From assembly GCA_018902845.1 (NCBI GenBank), contig JAHIPV010000013.1:82766-146765 (forward strand): a DNA stretch of 64,000 bases, read 5' to 3'. The position numbers were made by a program, and so were the translations under genes. The notes under the pieces were generated by a model. The model saw nothing but the letters and a program-made list of their open reading frames with translations. It was not told the origin of the DNA and ran no database searches. Source of the stretch: Patescibacteria group bacterium (lineage in GTDB: Bacteria > Patescibacteriota > Microgenomatia > UBA12405). Below are positions 47,962 through 58,205 of this stretch, piece by piece (position 1 is the first letter of the stretch; the number at the start of each line of letters is the position of its first letter).

Positions 47962-48763
47962 CTTCTCTCCACTTCTTGATCCTTTCATGATCCCCGGACA
48001 AAAGTATTTCCGGCACTTCATACCCCATAAACTCCCTTGGTCTGGTATATTGGGGATACTCTACTTTTCTCACTTTTTTTCCTTTAATCTTCACTTCCGA
48101 AAAACTATCGATCTCTTTCGATTCTTCTTTTCCCAAAACATCAGGTAAAAGTCTTGTTACACTATCAATCAATATCATGGCCGGTATTTCTCCACCCGTT
48201 AATACATAGTCACCTATCGATATGACCTCATCTACCATGTAATCCATTACTCTCTGATCAAAGCCTTCATAATGCCCACACAGCAAAATCAAATTGTCCA
48301 ATCTAGACAACTCCTCCGCCTTTTTCTGCGTATATCTTTCTCCTTTAGCCGACAAAACCACCACTTTTATTACAGGCCTGTCGTTGCCTGTTTTTGTAGG
48401 GGCGACCCTTGCGGTCGCCCGCAGATGTGTCGACCTGTCCGCCCTTGATGGATCTCGTCGCAGTTTAGTATTTCCTTTCTTCTTTTTTGTTTTATTTGGA
48501 AATTTAAATTTTAGATTTTGGGCTTTAACGCCATTTATAGCCTCATATACCACATCCGCCCTTATTAGCATTCCCGCTCCGCCTCCAAATGGTTTATCAT
48601 CTACAGTTCCATAATCATCAATCGCCCAATCTCTTAAATTATGTATATCAAGCTCCAAGATCTTATTCTTAACGGCTCTGCCAATCATACTTTCCTCAAA
48701 AACCGACTCAAACATTTTTGGAAACAAACTTACCACATCAATTTTCATATTTGATTTTACCAA
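47942..48763 (-). CDS. trmD: tRNA (guanine37-N1)-methyltransferase TrmD with ~40-aa in-frame repeat-derived insertion
   Basis: MKIDVVSLFPKMFESV...GRAVKN...DDKPFGGGAGM...LLCGHYEGFDQRV...IGDYVLTGGEIPAMILIDSV all match TrmD. The segment NLKFKFPNKTKKKKGNTKLRRDPSRADRSTHLRATARVAPTKTGNDRP is encoded by family D (48487-48520) and family B (48396-48470) repeats. Confidence 0.85.
   Translation of the reverse strand: MVKSNMKIDVVSLFPKMFESVFEESMIGRAVKNKILELDIHNLRDWAIDDYGTVDDKPFGGGAGMLIRADVVYEAINGVKAQNLKFKFPNKTKKKKGNTKLRRDPSRADRSTHLRATARVAPTKTGNDRPVIKVVVLSAKGERYTQKKAEELSRLDNLILLCGHYEGFDQRVMDYMVDEVISIGDYVLTGGEIPAMILIDSVTRLLPDVLGKEESKEIDSFSEVKIKGKKVRKVEYPQYTRPREFMGYEVPEILLSGDHERIKKWREAKTRCR
48396..48520. 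repeat. Family B palindrome plus family D unit inside the trmD coding sequence
   Basis: ttgtaggggcgacccttgcggtcgcccgcagatgtgtcgacctgtccgcccttgatggatctcgtcgc...tttggaaatttaaattttagattttgggc. Confidence 0.8.
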
Positions 48764-48819
48764 ATTACTACACCCTATCTTCTTTTAATCTCCATATATT
48801 TTTATTATAATAAAAATAT

Positions 48820-49110
48820 ATGGCTGACAGAATAATCCCTGCTCAAATAGACCCAATCGATTTTTGGGGAAATTCAACCAAGGCATTGCTAGGTTCAGCC
48901 AGACAAGCAATTGATTGTGGGGAGTGTACAGGAGAGATTATTAATGTTCGGCAAAGAAAACCACTAAAAAAAAGACAACTATTGCAAGTACTAGTCGATT
49001 GTCGCGACGGTCCGCCAGCCAAAGAACCACACCCTCCTTGTTATAGAGAAGTCCTACCATCAAAACAAGGGCCAATCATAATTCGTTTAAATCAGTCTTC
49101 TTCTTCTTAA
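48820..49110 (+). CDS. Hypothetical protein; uncertain, in a GC-elevated region
   Basis: 96-aa ORF, no motif. Convergent with the small ORF 49151-49378. Confidence 0.15.
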   Translation: MADRIIPAQIDPIDFWGNSTKALLGSARQAIDCGECTGEIINVRQRKPLKKRQLLQVLVDCRDGPPAKEPHPPCYREVLPSKQGPIIIRLNQSSSS

Positions 49111-49537
49111 AATCCCTATCGTTTCATCAGCAATCTCGCCACATCGATTTTTATAAATCCACAGTTCCCAAGTCTTGGCAATTTTCACCAACGCCACGTG
49201 CCGTTTTCAAAACTCTTCTTGCGAAAGGTTTCACGTCTTTTTCTAAGTCTTTTGCTATTTGTCGTAAAATCGGTCTTATATGTACGAGTTCTCTCCTGTC
49301 TACGGTTCTAACTCTCATCAGCTGTTGTGTAAGTAACCCTCCTTCACCAGCCTCGCCTCCCAAATTGTGTATAAGCAACTCTTGTTACTCCATCATTCCC
49401 CACTTCGCGTACTAAAGAACGAACCACCTTCATAAACTAAGTATAACATGCCTGTTTTCACTATTTATTTTCAAAATTTATACTGTTATTATTTTTTAAT
49501 GCCCCAGTTATAAAGTTATAAAATTAAACTCTAACTG

Positions 49538-50146
49538 GTGATATATAAAAAAGGTAAATTTTTCGTTATTTACGGATCAAACAATTTAGGTAAAAGCACT
49601 CTTAGCAAAGGAATTGCTCACTATCTTGAATGGGGAGGTTTTCCTGTTAGATATATAAAATATCCGGTTTATAGTCTGAAACCGACTGGGCCACAGATAA
49701 ACGCATATCTTCGAAAAGGAAATCCAAAAAAATTGACCATGTTTGCAGCTCAAAAAATATATGCCCAAAACCGCAGAGATTTTGAACCCAAGCTAATAGA
49801 CACAATCAATAGGGGTATTAGCGTTATTGCTGAAGATTATATAGGAACAGGAATAGCTTGGGGCATGACCAAGAATGTATCACAAGAATTATTGGAACAA
49901 ATCAACAGCAATCTGCTGGATCCTGATCTGGCCATCCTTGTTGATGGTAATAGGTTCAATTCTGGCATTGAGCCCAATCACACACACGAAAGCTTAAATG
50001 AATTATGGCAGACAAATCGCCAAATACATCTAGAATTAGCCAAAAAATACAATTGGAAAATAATCAATACCAACAAACCAATAAAAAAAGTCCTACAGGA
50101 TGCACTTCTGCATATTCTGCCTCTACTTAAAAATCGCTTTGTTTAA
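49538..50146 (+). CDS. tmk: Thymidylate (dTMP) kinase-like P-loop nucleoside monophosphate kinase
   Basis: FFVIYGSNNLGKSTL P-loop. YIKYPVYSLKPTGPQINAYL is a nucleotide-binding-like region. 202 aa. Family assignment is tentative. Confidence 0.45.
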   Translation: MIYKKGKFFVIYGSNNLGKSTLSKGIAHYLEWGGFPVRYIKYPVYSLKPTGPQINAYLRKGNPKKLTMFAAQKIYAQNRRDFEPKLIDTINRGISVIAEDYIGTGIAWGMTKNVSQELLEQINSNLLDPDLAILVDGNRFNSGIEPNHTHESLNELWQTNRQIHLELAKKYNWKIINTNKPIKKVLQDALLHILPLLKNRFV

Positions 50147-50173
50147 TTTCTTTTTTTGTGGCAAACTTAAGAT

Positions 50174-51397
50174 ATGTCAAAACACAAGCGAATGCGCAGT
50201 CCGCCTCTGGAGGAAGCAAAAACTCAAACCGCAGTTTTAGTGATTCCAACCTACAATGAGGCCGAAAACATCGGTCTTATGATGGATCATCTTTTTAGCA
50301 AAACTTTCAAAAATATAAAAGCCAAAAAAGTAAACAAAAATAATTGGCAAATGAAAGTTCTGGTGGTTGACGGAAATTCTCCCGATGGCACCGGCAAAGT
50401 AGTCAAGCAAAAAGCCAAAAAATACAAAGATATTTACTTATATACCGAAACCAGCAAAGACGGTATTGGCGCCGCCTATCTAAAAGGTTTTAAATATGCC
50501 ATCAATAAGTTAAAAGCTGATTTTGTTTTTGAATTTGACGGTGATTTTCAGCACCCTCCCGAGTCTATTCCCATCATGTTGAAAGCCGTAGAAGATGGTT
50601 GTGACTATGTAATCGGATCTCGAAAAATAGAAGGTGGCTCTAATCCGGAAGGTTGGGGGTTCAAAAGAGTTTTCTTTTCCGAAGTCGGCGGTTTCACGGC
50701 TCGTTTCATTTTATTTTTCCCTTTCAAAAACTTTTTCAAAGTTACCGATCCCACCACCGGTCTAAAAGTTACCCGAGTTAAAGGCTTTTTGGACAAACTA
50801 GACATGGATTATCATAATCTTTATTCAAAAAGTTTTGGCTATAAACTGGAATTACTCTTTAATACCTTAAAGTTAAAACCAAAATTCAAAGAAATCCCTC
50901 TAAAATTTCAAGTCAGGACAGCCGGTGAATCAAAAATTCAAACTCAAACCGCCAAAGATATTTTTAGAGTTGCCGTACTTCTTCGCTGGCATGACGATTT
51001 TACCCAAAAATTCCTCAAATTTGGCACAGTCGGATTTATAGGCTATCTTGTCAATGCCACCCTTTTAAGTTTTATTTCAAAAAAATGGGGCATAGAATGG
51101 CTTTCTTGGCTTCTGTCCACAGAAGCTGCCATTATCAGTAATTTCACCCTTAACAATCTCTGGACTTTCAAATCAGATGAGATAAAAGGTTTAAAAATTA
51201 TTGGCAAATTCCTTCAGTTTAATTTTACCTCCATGGGGGCTTTATTGATCCAAACCATTATGGGTACAATCGGAGTTTATTTAACTAGCCCGGAGTACCG
51301 CCAGCTCCTTTTGCCCTTTATTATCGTCTTTATAGTTTTACCTTACAACTGGTTCATGTATAATAAGGTAATTTGGAAGAAGAAAAGTGGAAAGTAG
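50174..51397 (+). CDS. GT2 glycosyltransferase (Dpm1/polyprenol-phosphate sugar synthase-like) fused to a GtrA-like membrane domain
   Basis: VLVIPTYNEAENIG, VVDGNSPDGT and the DxD region are GT2 features. The C-terminal LKFGTVGFIGYLVNATLLSFI with 4 TM is GtrA-like. N-terminal residues RSPPLEEA are encoded by a family C repeat. Confidence 0.6.
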   Translation: MSKHKRMRSPPLEEAKTQTAVLVIPTYNEAENIGLMMDHLFSKTFKNIKAKKVNKNNWQMKVLVVDGNSPDGTGKVVKQKAKKYKDIYLYTETSKDGIGAAYLKGFKYAINKLKADFVFEFDGDFQHPPESIPIMLKAVEDGCDYVIGSRKIEGGSNPEGWGFKRVFFSEVGGFTARFILFFPFKNFFKVTDPTTGLKVTRVKGFLDKLDMDYHNLYSKSFGYKLELLFNTLKLKPKFKEIPLKFQVRTAGESKIQTQTAKDIFRVAVLLRWHDDFTQKFLKFGTVGFIGYLVNATLLSFISKKWGIEWLSWLLSTEAAIISNFTLNNLWTFKSDEIKGLKIIGKFLQFNFTSMGALLIQTIMGTIGVYLTSPEYRQLLLPFIIVFIVLPYNWFMYNKVIWKKKSGK

Positions 51398-51641
51398 AAC
51401 AAAATTATCTTTTGAGAAACAAAAAGCTGTAAGTTTAGTTGTTGATGATATGGTCAATCTTTTATTGCAACCTGCCCCATCTGAAAGTCAAGAAAGAATT
51501 CAGAGACACGAAGCAAAAATCGATCTAAGAAACAGATTGGCACAACTTGTTCCGAAATACAAAAAAGCTCATTACATGGGAATTGCAATGCAAAAAGCAA
51601 ACGAAATCAGGCGAGAAAGAGCCAGAAACTCTTCAAATTGA
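51387..51641 (+). CDS. Hypothetical small protein
   Basis: 84 aa, charged and helical, no motif. Confidence 0.2.
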   Translation: MESRTKLSFEKQKAVSLVVDDMVNLLLQPAPSESQERIQRHEAKIDLRNRLAQLVPKYKKAHYMGIAMQKANEIRRERARNSSN

Positions 51642-51672
51642 CACAAACGTACATTTGTGGTAACTTATTGAC

Positions 51673-51984
51673 ATGAAAACAACAAATACTCAAATAATTA
51701 GCGCCACTCAAGTCCGAAACAACTTTTTTAATCTTTTAACACAAGGTTATTTAAAACAACAAACTTATATCATCAAAAAAGGCGGAATCCCCTTAATGCG
51801 TCTTGCCCCTCTTGACGATATTCATTTTGACTATATAGAAAAAGCCGAGAAAAAAATCAGCTTAACAAAAGAACAAACAGATCAATTGGCTCTTTTAGAG
51901 GAAATGGCCAAAATCAGAAAGACAATGAAAAAAACATCCGACTCCGCAATAATGCTTAGAAAAATGAGAAGACATGGCAAATAA
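51673..51984 (+). CDS. Phd/YefM-like antitoxin
   Basis: ISATQVRNNFFNLLTQ...IIKKGGIPLMRL matches the Phd/YefM N-terminal fold pattern. It overlaps the PIN gene by 11 bp. Confidence 0.45.
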   Translation: MKTTNTQIISATQVRNNFFNLLTQGYLKQQTYIIKKGGIPLMRLAPLDDIHFDYIEKAEKKISLTKEQTDQLALLEEMAKIRKTMKKTSDSAIMLRKMRRHGK

Positions 51985-52426
51985 GAAAAAATATTGTTTT
52001 GACGCTAATATCATTATCAAGCTGATCATCGAAGAAGATTATTCAGACAAAGCCAAGCATCTTTTTGTCCAAATTATCAAAGACGACAAAACAATCATCT
52101 CGCCTTCTTTTGCAAAAGTAGAAATATTTTCAGTGTTAAGAAAAAAAATATTTTTCAAAAAACTTAATCAAGCCAAGCTTGCAAAGAACCTACTAAAACT
52201 TCCGAAATTAAAAATCAATTACATATCCGAAAACTGGAAATTGCTGGATTTAGCCATGGAATTAGCCAAAAAATTAAAAGAAACAGTAGTTTATGATTGT
52301 ATCTATCTTGCCTTAGCCAAACAGCAAAAAGCAATTTTTGTCACAGCTGATAAAAAATTCTTTAACAAAGCCAAAACAGTCTACAAACCCTCCCTTCTTC
52401 TTTCCCAATACAAACCAACTAAATAG
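51974..52426 (+). CDS. vapC: PIN-domain (VapC-like) ribonuclease toxin
   Basis: CFDANIII carries the first acidic residue. DCIYLALA and VTADKKF carry the later acidic residues of the PIN fold. Confidence 0.6.
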   Translation: MANKKKYCFDANIIIKLIIEEDYSDKAKHLFVQIIKDDKTIISPSFAKVEIFSVLRKKIFFKKLNQAKLAKNLLKLPKLKINYISENWKLLDLAMELAKKLKETVVYDCIYLALAKQQKAIFVTADKKFFNKAKTVYKPSLLLSQYKPTK

Positions 52427-52484
52427 AATCAGGTATCATTTCGTAGACACTAAGTTTTAAACCTGTCTAAAATTTTAATTTTTA

Positions 52485-52556
52485 GCGCCCATAGTTCAAT
52501 GGATAGAACACTAGCCTCCGAAGCTAGCGATGAAGGTTCAACCCCCTCTGGGCGTA
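52485..52556 (+). tRNA. tRNA-Arg (anticodon CCG)
   Basis: Acceptor GCGCCCA/TGGGCGT with G-U at 1-72. D-arm GTTC-AATGGATA-GAAC. Anticodon stem CTAGC/GCTAG with loop CTCCGAA, anticodon CCG. T-arm GAAGG-TTCAACC-CCCTC with one mismatch. Discriminator A. It sits 33 bp upstream of argS. Confidence 0.6.
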
Positions 52557-52588
52557 CACATTTTTAGGTTATAATTCTAAATAGAAAA

Positions 52589-54742
52589 ATGAAATTCAAA
52601 TCAAACCCAAAAATTTTTAATGACAAAATCATTATTGCCAAAATAACCAATCTTGCCAATCATCCAAACGCCGACAAACTTCAAATTGTTACTTTAGATA
52701 TAAAATCTAAAAAACCAGTCCATATTGTTTGTGGAGCAAATAATCTAAAAACCAATCAAATAGTCCCACTTGTTCTACCAGACGGGCAAGTTTTGGATCC
52801 AAAGAACAATTTGTTTTCAATCTCTGTTGCAAAAATTAGAGATGTAGAGTCACACGGAATGATCTGCTCGCCCGCCGAATTGGGAGTTGGCAGTGATAGT
52901 CAAAACATCTGGATTTTGCCAAACAGACTTAAAAAACACATCGGTAAACCCTTATCAAGCTTTTTAGACACTCTACGATTACCGCTAAAGTTAGTTAAAA
53001 ATAAGCAAAAAAAAATAAAACAGGACACACAAACTGTCAAAAATCTTAAAGACTATATTCTAAAAGCTTGTAAAAAACTAAACCTAGAAATCGATCAAAA
53101 TCAGATTATCCTTACTCACCCTCCCGACTCAAAATTCGGTCATTTTTCCGCTAATATCGCTTTTATTTTGGCCAAAAAATTAAAACAAAATCCTATTAAA
53201 TTAGCCGACCAATTCAAAAAAGAACTGGACAATATCGTTGACAAAAACACTCTAGTTGAAAAAATCGAAATCGCCCCTCCTGGATTCATAAACTTCTATT
53301 TTAAAAAAGACTTTCTTCTCAAACAAGCCGAAAAGCTGAATTATCAAATCGAATTTAAAAAATCACTCAAGCAATACAATCATGGCAAAACTGTAGTAAT
53401 CGACTATTCAGCCCCAAATATCGCCAAACCCTTTGGTATTGGCCATCTTAGGTCAACAAACATTGGCCAAGCTATTTACAACACCTACAAAATCTTAGGT
53501 TGGAATTGTATTGGCGATAATCACTTAGGCGATTGGGGAACTCAGTTTGGAAAACTCATAGTAGCCATAAAAAAATGGGCCACCAAAGACATTTCAAAAA
53601 TGAGTATTAGTGATCTAGAAAAACTTTATGTCAAATTTCACACCAAATCAAAAGAAGATGAATCGCTAATCACGGCCGGCCGTCAATGGTTTTCAAAATT
53701 AGAAAAAGGCGACACAGAAGCTCGTCAACTTTGGCAACAATGCGTTGATATTTCACTAAAAGAATTCAACAGAGTATATGAATTACTGGATATAAAAACA
53801 GACTACGCTTATGGAGAATCTTTTTATCTAAAAATGCTTCCAAATATTATTCAGCAATTTGTTGACAAAAAGATTGCCACCAAAAGTCAAGGAGCTTTAA
53901 TAGTTGAATTTGATAATTTACCACCGGCTATCTTGCAAAAATCAGATGGTGCTACCACTTATCTTACCCGCGATCTTGCCACAATTAAATATCGATTAGA
54001 TACATGGAACCCGGATTTAATAATTTATGAAGTCGGAGCCGATCAGACTTTACACTTTAAACAAGTATTTCAAGCCGTCAAAAAAATCGGATGGAAAACA
54101 GAATTTATTCACATAGCCCATGGTTTAATTCGCTGGCCAACCGGCAAATTCTCCACCAGAAAAGGTGACACCATCCATCTTTCTAATGTTATAGATAAAG
54201 CCATCAAAAAAGCCACCAAAATCGCTAAATCCAGTTTAATAAATAAAACTCTTACTTCTACCCAAAAAAAAGACATGATCAATGCAGTTGCCATAGGTGC
54301 AATTAAGTTTAACGATCTGGTCCAAGACCCAAAAAGAGACATTATCTTCGATTGGAACAAAATTATGGGTTTGCAGGGTGATTCTGGCCCATATCTCCAA
54401 TACACCTATGCCAGATGCAAAAGCGTCTTGGCTAAAACCAAAATCAAAGAACAAAAGAACCTTAATAATTTACCCCAGCAAATTAATCACGAAGAACAAC
54501 AGCTTCTTGATATTTTTTACCAATTTAAAGAAAAAATAATCGAATCAGCTCAGCGCTTTTCACCTTCTGTCATTTGCCAATATTTGCTTTCAGTAGCCCG
54601 AGCTTACAATGAATTTTATTCAAAACACAAAATAATAGGGGATAAACAAGAAATTTTTAGAATCTTTTTGACTCAAGCTACCAGCAATGTTCTTAAAACA
54701 GGTCTAAACCTTTTGGGTATCAAAGCAGTAGAAAAAATGTAA
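52589..54742 (+). CDS. argS: Arginine--tRNA ligase with an additional N-terminal OB-fold tRNA-binding (Myf/CsaA-like) domain
   Basis: The N-terminal ~110 aa (IIIAKITNLANHPNADKLQIVTLDI...VHIVCGANN...SHGMICS) resembles the tRNA_bind domain. Class I HIGH region SAPNIAKPFGIGHLRSTNIGQA follows. The DALR anticodon-binding C-terminus is present. 717 aa. Confidence 0.85.
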   Translation: MKFKSNPKIFNDKIIIAKITNLANHPNADKLQIVTLDIKSKKPVHIVCGANNLKTNQIVPLVLPDGQVLDPKNNLFSISVAKIRDVESHGMICSPAELGVGSDSQNIWILPNRLKKHIGKPLSSFLDTLRLPLKLVKNKQKKIKQDTQTVKNLKDYILKACKKLNLEIDQNQIILTHPPDSKFGHFSANIAFILAKKLKQNPIKLADQFKKELDNIVDKNTLVEKIEIAPPGFINFYFKKDFLLKQAEKLNYQIEFKKSLKQYNHGKTVVIDYSAPNIAKPFGIGHLRSTNIGQAIYNTYKILGWNCIGDNHLGDWGTQFGKLIVAIKKWATKDISKMSISDLEKLYVKFHTKSKEDESLITAGRQWFSKLEKGDTEARQLWQQCVDISLKEFNRVYELLDIKTDYAYGESFYLKMLPNIIQQFVDKKIATKSQGALIVEFDNLPPAILQKSDGATTYLTRDLATIKYRLDTWNPDLIIYEVGADQTLHFKQVFQAVKKIGWKTEFIHIAHGLIRWPTGKFSTRKGDTIHLSNVIDKAIKKATKIAKSSLINKTLTSTQKKDMINAVAIGAIKFNDLVQDPKRDIIFDWNKIMGLQGDSGPYLQYTYARCKSVLAKTKIKEQKNLNNLPQQINHEEQQLLDIFYQFKEKIIESAQRFSPSVICQYLLSVARAYNEFYSKHKIIGDKQEIFRIFLTQATSNVLKTGLNLLGIKAVEKM

Positions 54743-57121
54743 TCACTCAAATACTCTTTTATATATATCCCCGTAATTTTCCACCGGCACAAATTCAATG
54801 TCTTTCTTTACCTCTTTTGGAATTTTAATCAAATCTTTTTTATTGTCTTTTGGGATCAAAATAGTTTTTAATCCGGCTCTGTGTCCCGCAATTGCTTTTT
54901 CTTTCAATCCTCCAATTTCAAGCACATAACCTCTTATTGTTATTTCTCCTGTCATACCAACATCTCTTGGCACTTTTTTACCTGTTAAGGCAGAAATCAA
55001 AGCAGTAGTTATGGCTCCGCCAGCCGATGGTCCGTCTTTTGGTGTTGCTCCTTCCGGCACATGGATATGAATGTCAATTTTAGAAAAATCCTGTTTGATC
55101 TTAAATTTTTTGGCTTGACTTCTGACATAAGACAAAGCCGCCTGACAAGATTCTTTCATCACGTCTCCCAAGGTTCCTGTCAATATTAACTTTCCCTTTC
55201 CTTTCATTATGTTAACTTCGACAAACAATATTGACCCTCCCACCGGAGACCAAGCCAAACCTGTCGACACTCCTACGTCATCTTTTTTACCCTTGACTTG
55301 CGAAGAATATCTTTCCGGCCCCAGCATTTTTTTGATAGCGATTTTACTGCTTATATTTATTTTTTTAATTTTTTTGCTTACTATTTTTTTGGCGATTTTT
55401 CTAAAAACACTGGCCCAAACTCTCTCTAGCCCCCTTACCCCCGCTTCTCTGGTGAATTTCTCAATCATAAAACGATGAATTTCATCACTTATCCGTCCAG
55501 TATCTTTTATCTTTAATCCGTTGAGTTTCAGTTGTTTTTTAATTAAATATTTTTTGGCAATTTTTAATTTTTCCTCCATGGTATAACCGGAAAATTCTAT
55601 TATTTCCACTCTATCGCGCAAAGGTCCGGGAATTTGGGAAACATCGTTACCCGTCAATATAAAAAACACTTGGGATAAATCCAGTGGGAAATCTAAATAA
55701 TGATCCACAAATTCTTTATTCTGTTCCGGATCTAGAGTTTCCAGTAAAGCCGCCGACGGGTCCCCTCTGTAATCATTTCCAACTTTATCTATCTCATCCA
55801 ACATGAATACTGGATTCATACTCTCGGCGTTTTTAAGTCCTTTTACAATTCTGCCCGGCATAGCTCCAACATAAGTTCTTCTATGCCCCCTGATTTCAGC
55901 CTCATCTCTAATTCCGCCTACTGAACTTCGTACAAACTTTCTTCCCATGGCTTCAGCAATAGATCTTCCTATTGAAGTTTTGCCTACACCCGGAGGGCCA
56001 ACAAAACACAATATGTTAGTCATTTTTTGTTTTTCGCTGGATTTATAGCCATTTTTTTCTTTTAGCTTCATTACCGCCAAATATTCCAAAATTCTTTCTT
56101 TAACATCTTTTAGGCCATAATGCTCCCTATTCAAAATAGACATTGATTTTTTTATATCAACCTTAGTTTTTCCATACTTTCCCCAGGGCAAATCAACCAC
56201 TATTCCCAGATAAGTTCGAATATAACTAGCTTCCGGAGCCATTGAGTTCATTTCCAAAAGTCTTTTGTGTTCCTTTAATATCTTCTTTTTAATATCTTTT
56301 GGCATTTTTGATTTTCTTATTTTCTTTTCCAATTCATCTGCCTCGCCGTTTCCGCCTTTTCCCAGTTTTTTTAGTTCTTTTTCAATCTGTTTTTTTCTTT
56401 CCTCTAAGACATTTCTCTTCATGCCTTTGTTAAACTTCAGTTGTGTTTTTTTCTCTATATCTTTTTCCAGTTCAGCTATTTTCATCTCCTTGATAAGCAT
56501 TTCGGTAGCCATTTTAAGTCTTTTGCTAACCGTTAATGTTTCCAGGAGTTTTTGTTTTTCTTCTATTTTTCCCTCCACTGAAAAACAAACCTGATCAGCC
56601 AAATCGCTGGAAGATATGCCTGTGCTTAATCGCATCATGGCCGGTAAGTCAAACTGTCTGCCCAAAGAAAAAGCTTTTTTCAACTGACTCAACACCGCTT
56701 CGGCTTCTTTTTGTATGTCGGTAATAGACTCGGTAACAATAGGTAAATCCGTAAATTCAGCCAATAAATGAGGTTCACTTTTTAATATCTTTAATATTTT
56801 GACTCTGGAAAGACCGGTTACCACTACATGCAAATTATCGTCAGTTTGCAATATATGCTCTATCCTTGCAATTACACCGGTAGAATAAAGATCTTCAATG
56901 CCTGGTTTTTCAGTTTTTGTATTTTTTTGAGTACAAATCAAAACCATCCTGCCACTTTTGTCACAGGAAGTAGCTACGGCCGATTTTGACATTGGTCGTC
57001 CCACAAAAAGAGACGCCTCTACAGAGGGAAATAAAACAAGATTTCTTAACGGAATCAATGGCAATATCTTTACCCTAGATTCTACTACCTTTTCGCTTTT
57101 TTCTATCCTTATTTCGTTCAT
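54743..57121 (-). CDS. lon: ATP-dependent Lon protease
   Basis: Lon N-domain, AAA+ Walker A (GPPGVGKTSIGRSIA), protease domain with PKDGPSAG catalytic Ser. 792 aa. Confidence 0.9.
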   Translation of the reverse strand: MNEIRIEKSEKVVESRVKILPLIPLRNLVLFPSVEASLFVGRPMSKSAVATSCDKSGRMVLICTQKNTKTEKPGIEDLYSTGVIARIEHILQTDDNLHVVVTGLSRVKILKILKSEPHLLAEFTDLPIVTESITDIQKEAEAVLSQLKKAFSLGRQFDLPAMMRLSTGISSSDLADQVCFSVEGKIEEKQKLLETLTVSKRLKMATEMLIKEMKIAELEKDIEKKTQLKFNKGMKRNVLEERKKQIEKELKKLGKGGNGEADELEKKIRKSKMPKDIKKKILKEHKRLLEMNSMAPEASYIRTYLGIVVDLPWGKYGKTKVDIKKSMSILNREHYGLKDVKERILEYLAVMKLKEKNGYKSSEKQKMTNILCFVGPPGVGKTSIGRSIAEAMGRKFVRSSVGGIRDEAEIRGHRRTYVGAMPGRIVKGLKNAESMNPVFMLDEIDKVGNDYRGDPSAALLETLDPEQNKEFVDHYLDFPLDLSQVFFILTGNDVSQIPGPLRDRVEIIEFSGYTMEEKLKIAKKYLIKKQLKLNGLKIKDTGRISDEIHRFMIEKFTREAGVRGLERVWASVFRKIAKKIVSKKIKKINISSKIAIKKMLGPERYSSQVKGKKDDVGVSTGLAWSPVGGSILFVEVNIMKGKGKLILTGTLGDVMKESCQAALSYVRSQAKKFKIKQDFSKIDIHIHVPEGATPKDGPSAGGAITTALISALTGKKVPRDVGMTGEITIRGYVLEIGGLKEKAIAGHRAGLKTILIPKDNKKDLIKIPKEVKKDIEFVPVENYGDIYKRVFE

Positions 57122-57293
57122 CTTCTTAGCAGTCTATCACCTAACCTGCCAACCGTCAAATAGAGTTAGTAAATGGGATTCTTCTCCGTTTAAGGCGGAT
57201 CAGAATGACGTCTTTTCCATTCGTCATCCTGAGTGCAGCGAAGGATCCCGTTGGAAATGTAAGATCACCCTGTTTCTAACGTATAATACCACT

Positions 57294-58193
57294 ATGCCTA
57301 AAACTCAAAGTCAAAAATTTGGCCGGGTTGTTTTGCTCGGCCGTCCCAATGCCGGTAAATCTACCTTACTTAATCAAATAATCGGTCAAAAAGTTTCTAT
57401 AACCTCGCCTCGTCCTCAAACCACCCGAAAAAATACTCAAGCCCTTTTTGTAAGTTCCAAAGGCAAAATTATTTTTTCCGATACACCGGGTATCATGCAC
57501 AAGGTTGAAGACTTGATTGGCAAAAAAATAAATCTAAAAACCCCCAAAGAATTAAACAAGGCCGATCTTTTGGTTCTTTTGATTGATATTTCTCGGGCAA
57601 AAGGGGAAGAGGAAAACAGGGTAATCGGTTTAGCCAGAAACTCTCCGGCCAAAAAGATTTTGGCTTACAACAAAATTGATGTAGCCAAGGGTAAAAAAGA
57701 TTATCTCTCGGACTACAACTTTCTTGAAGAAGAATTTGACGGTGTTGTTGCTATCTCGGCTCTAAAAAGCACCCATGTAAAAAGCTTAATAGAAAAAATT
57801 TTTGATTTGCTTCCAGCCAAAGCACCGGTGGGGATAAAAAAAGACATTAAATTAATGGAATCCCAAAAATCTCCGATTTCTGATCAGTCGTCTGATACCT
57901 ATATAAGTGAAATAATCCGGGAAAAAGCATTTTTGGTATTAAGAAAAGAATTGCCCTATACTGTCAGCGTAGAAGTAAAAGAGATTAACGACAAAGGTAA
58001 TATAATAGTTATAAAGGCTAATCTTTTAACCACCGACAAAAGATACAAAAAAATGATCATAGGCAAAAAAGCCTCTACCATAAAGCTCATCGGTCAAAAA
58101 GCCAGAAGAGAACTTGAGCTTGTTTCACAAAGGAAGATTTACTTAGAGTTGACGGTTATTTCTGACCCTCACTGGCCCGAAAGATTTGTGTAG
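57294..58193 (+). CDS. era: GTPase Era
   Basis: GRVVLLGRPNAGKSTLLNQIIGQKVSITSPRPQTTR is the G1 motif plus Era signature. C-terminal KH domain. The upstream part of the track ORF (56958-57293) is repeat-derived or antisense of lon. Confidence 0.85.
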   Translation: MPKTQSQKFGRVVLLGRPNAGKSTLLNQIIGQKVSITSPRPQTTRKNTQALFVSSKGKIIFSDTPGIMHKVEDLIGKKINLKTPKELNKADLLVLLIDISRAKGEEENRVIGLARNSPAKKILAYNKIDVAKGKKDYLSDYNFLEEEFDGVVAISALKSTHVKSLIEKIFDLLPAKAPVGIKKDIKLMESQKSPISDQSSDTYISEIIREKAFLVLRKELPYTVSVEVKEINDKGNIIVIKANLLTTDKRYKKMIIGKKASTIKLIGQKARRELELVSQRKIYLELTVISDPHWPERFV

Positions 58194-58205
58194 TATAATC
58201 ACACC

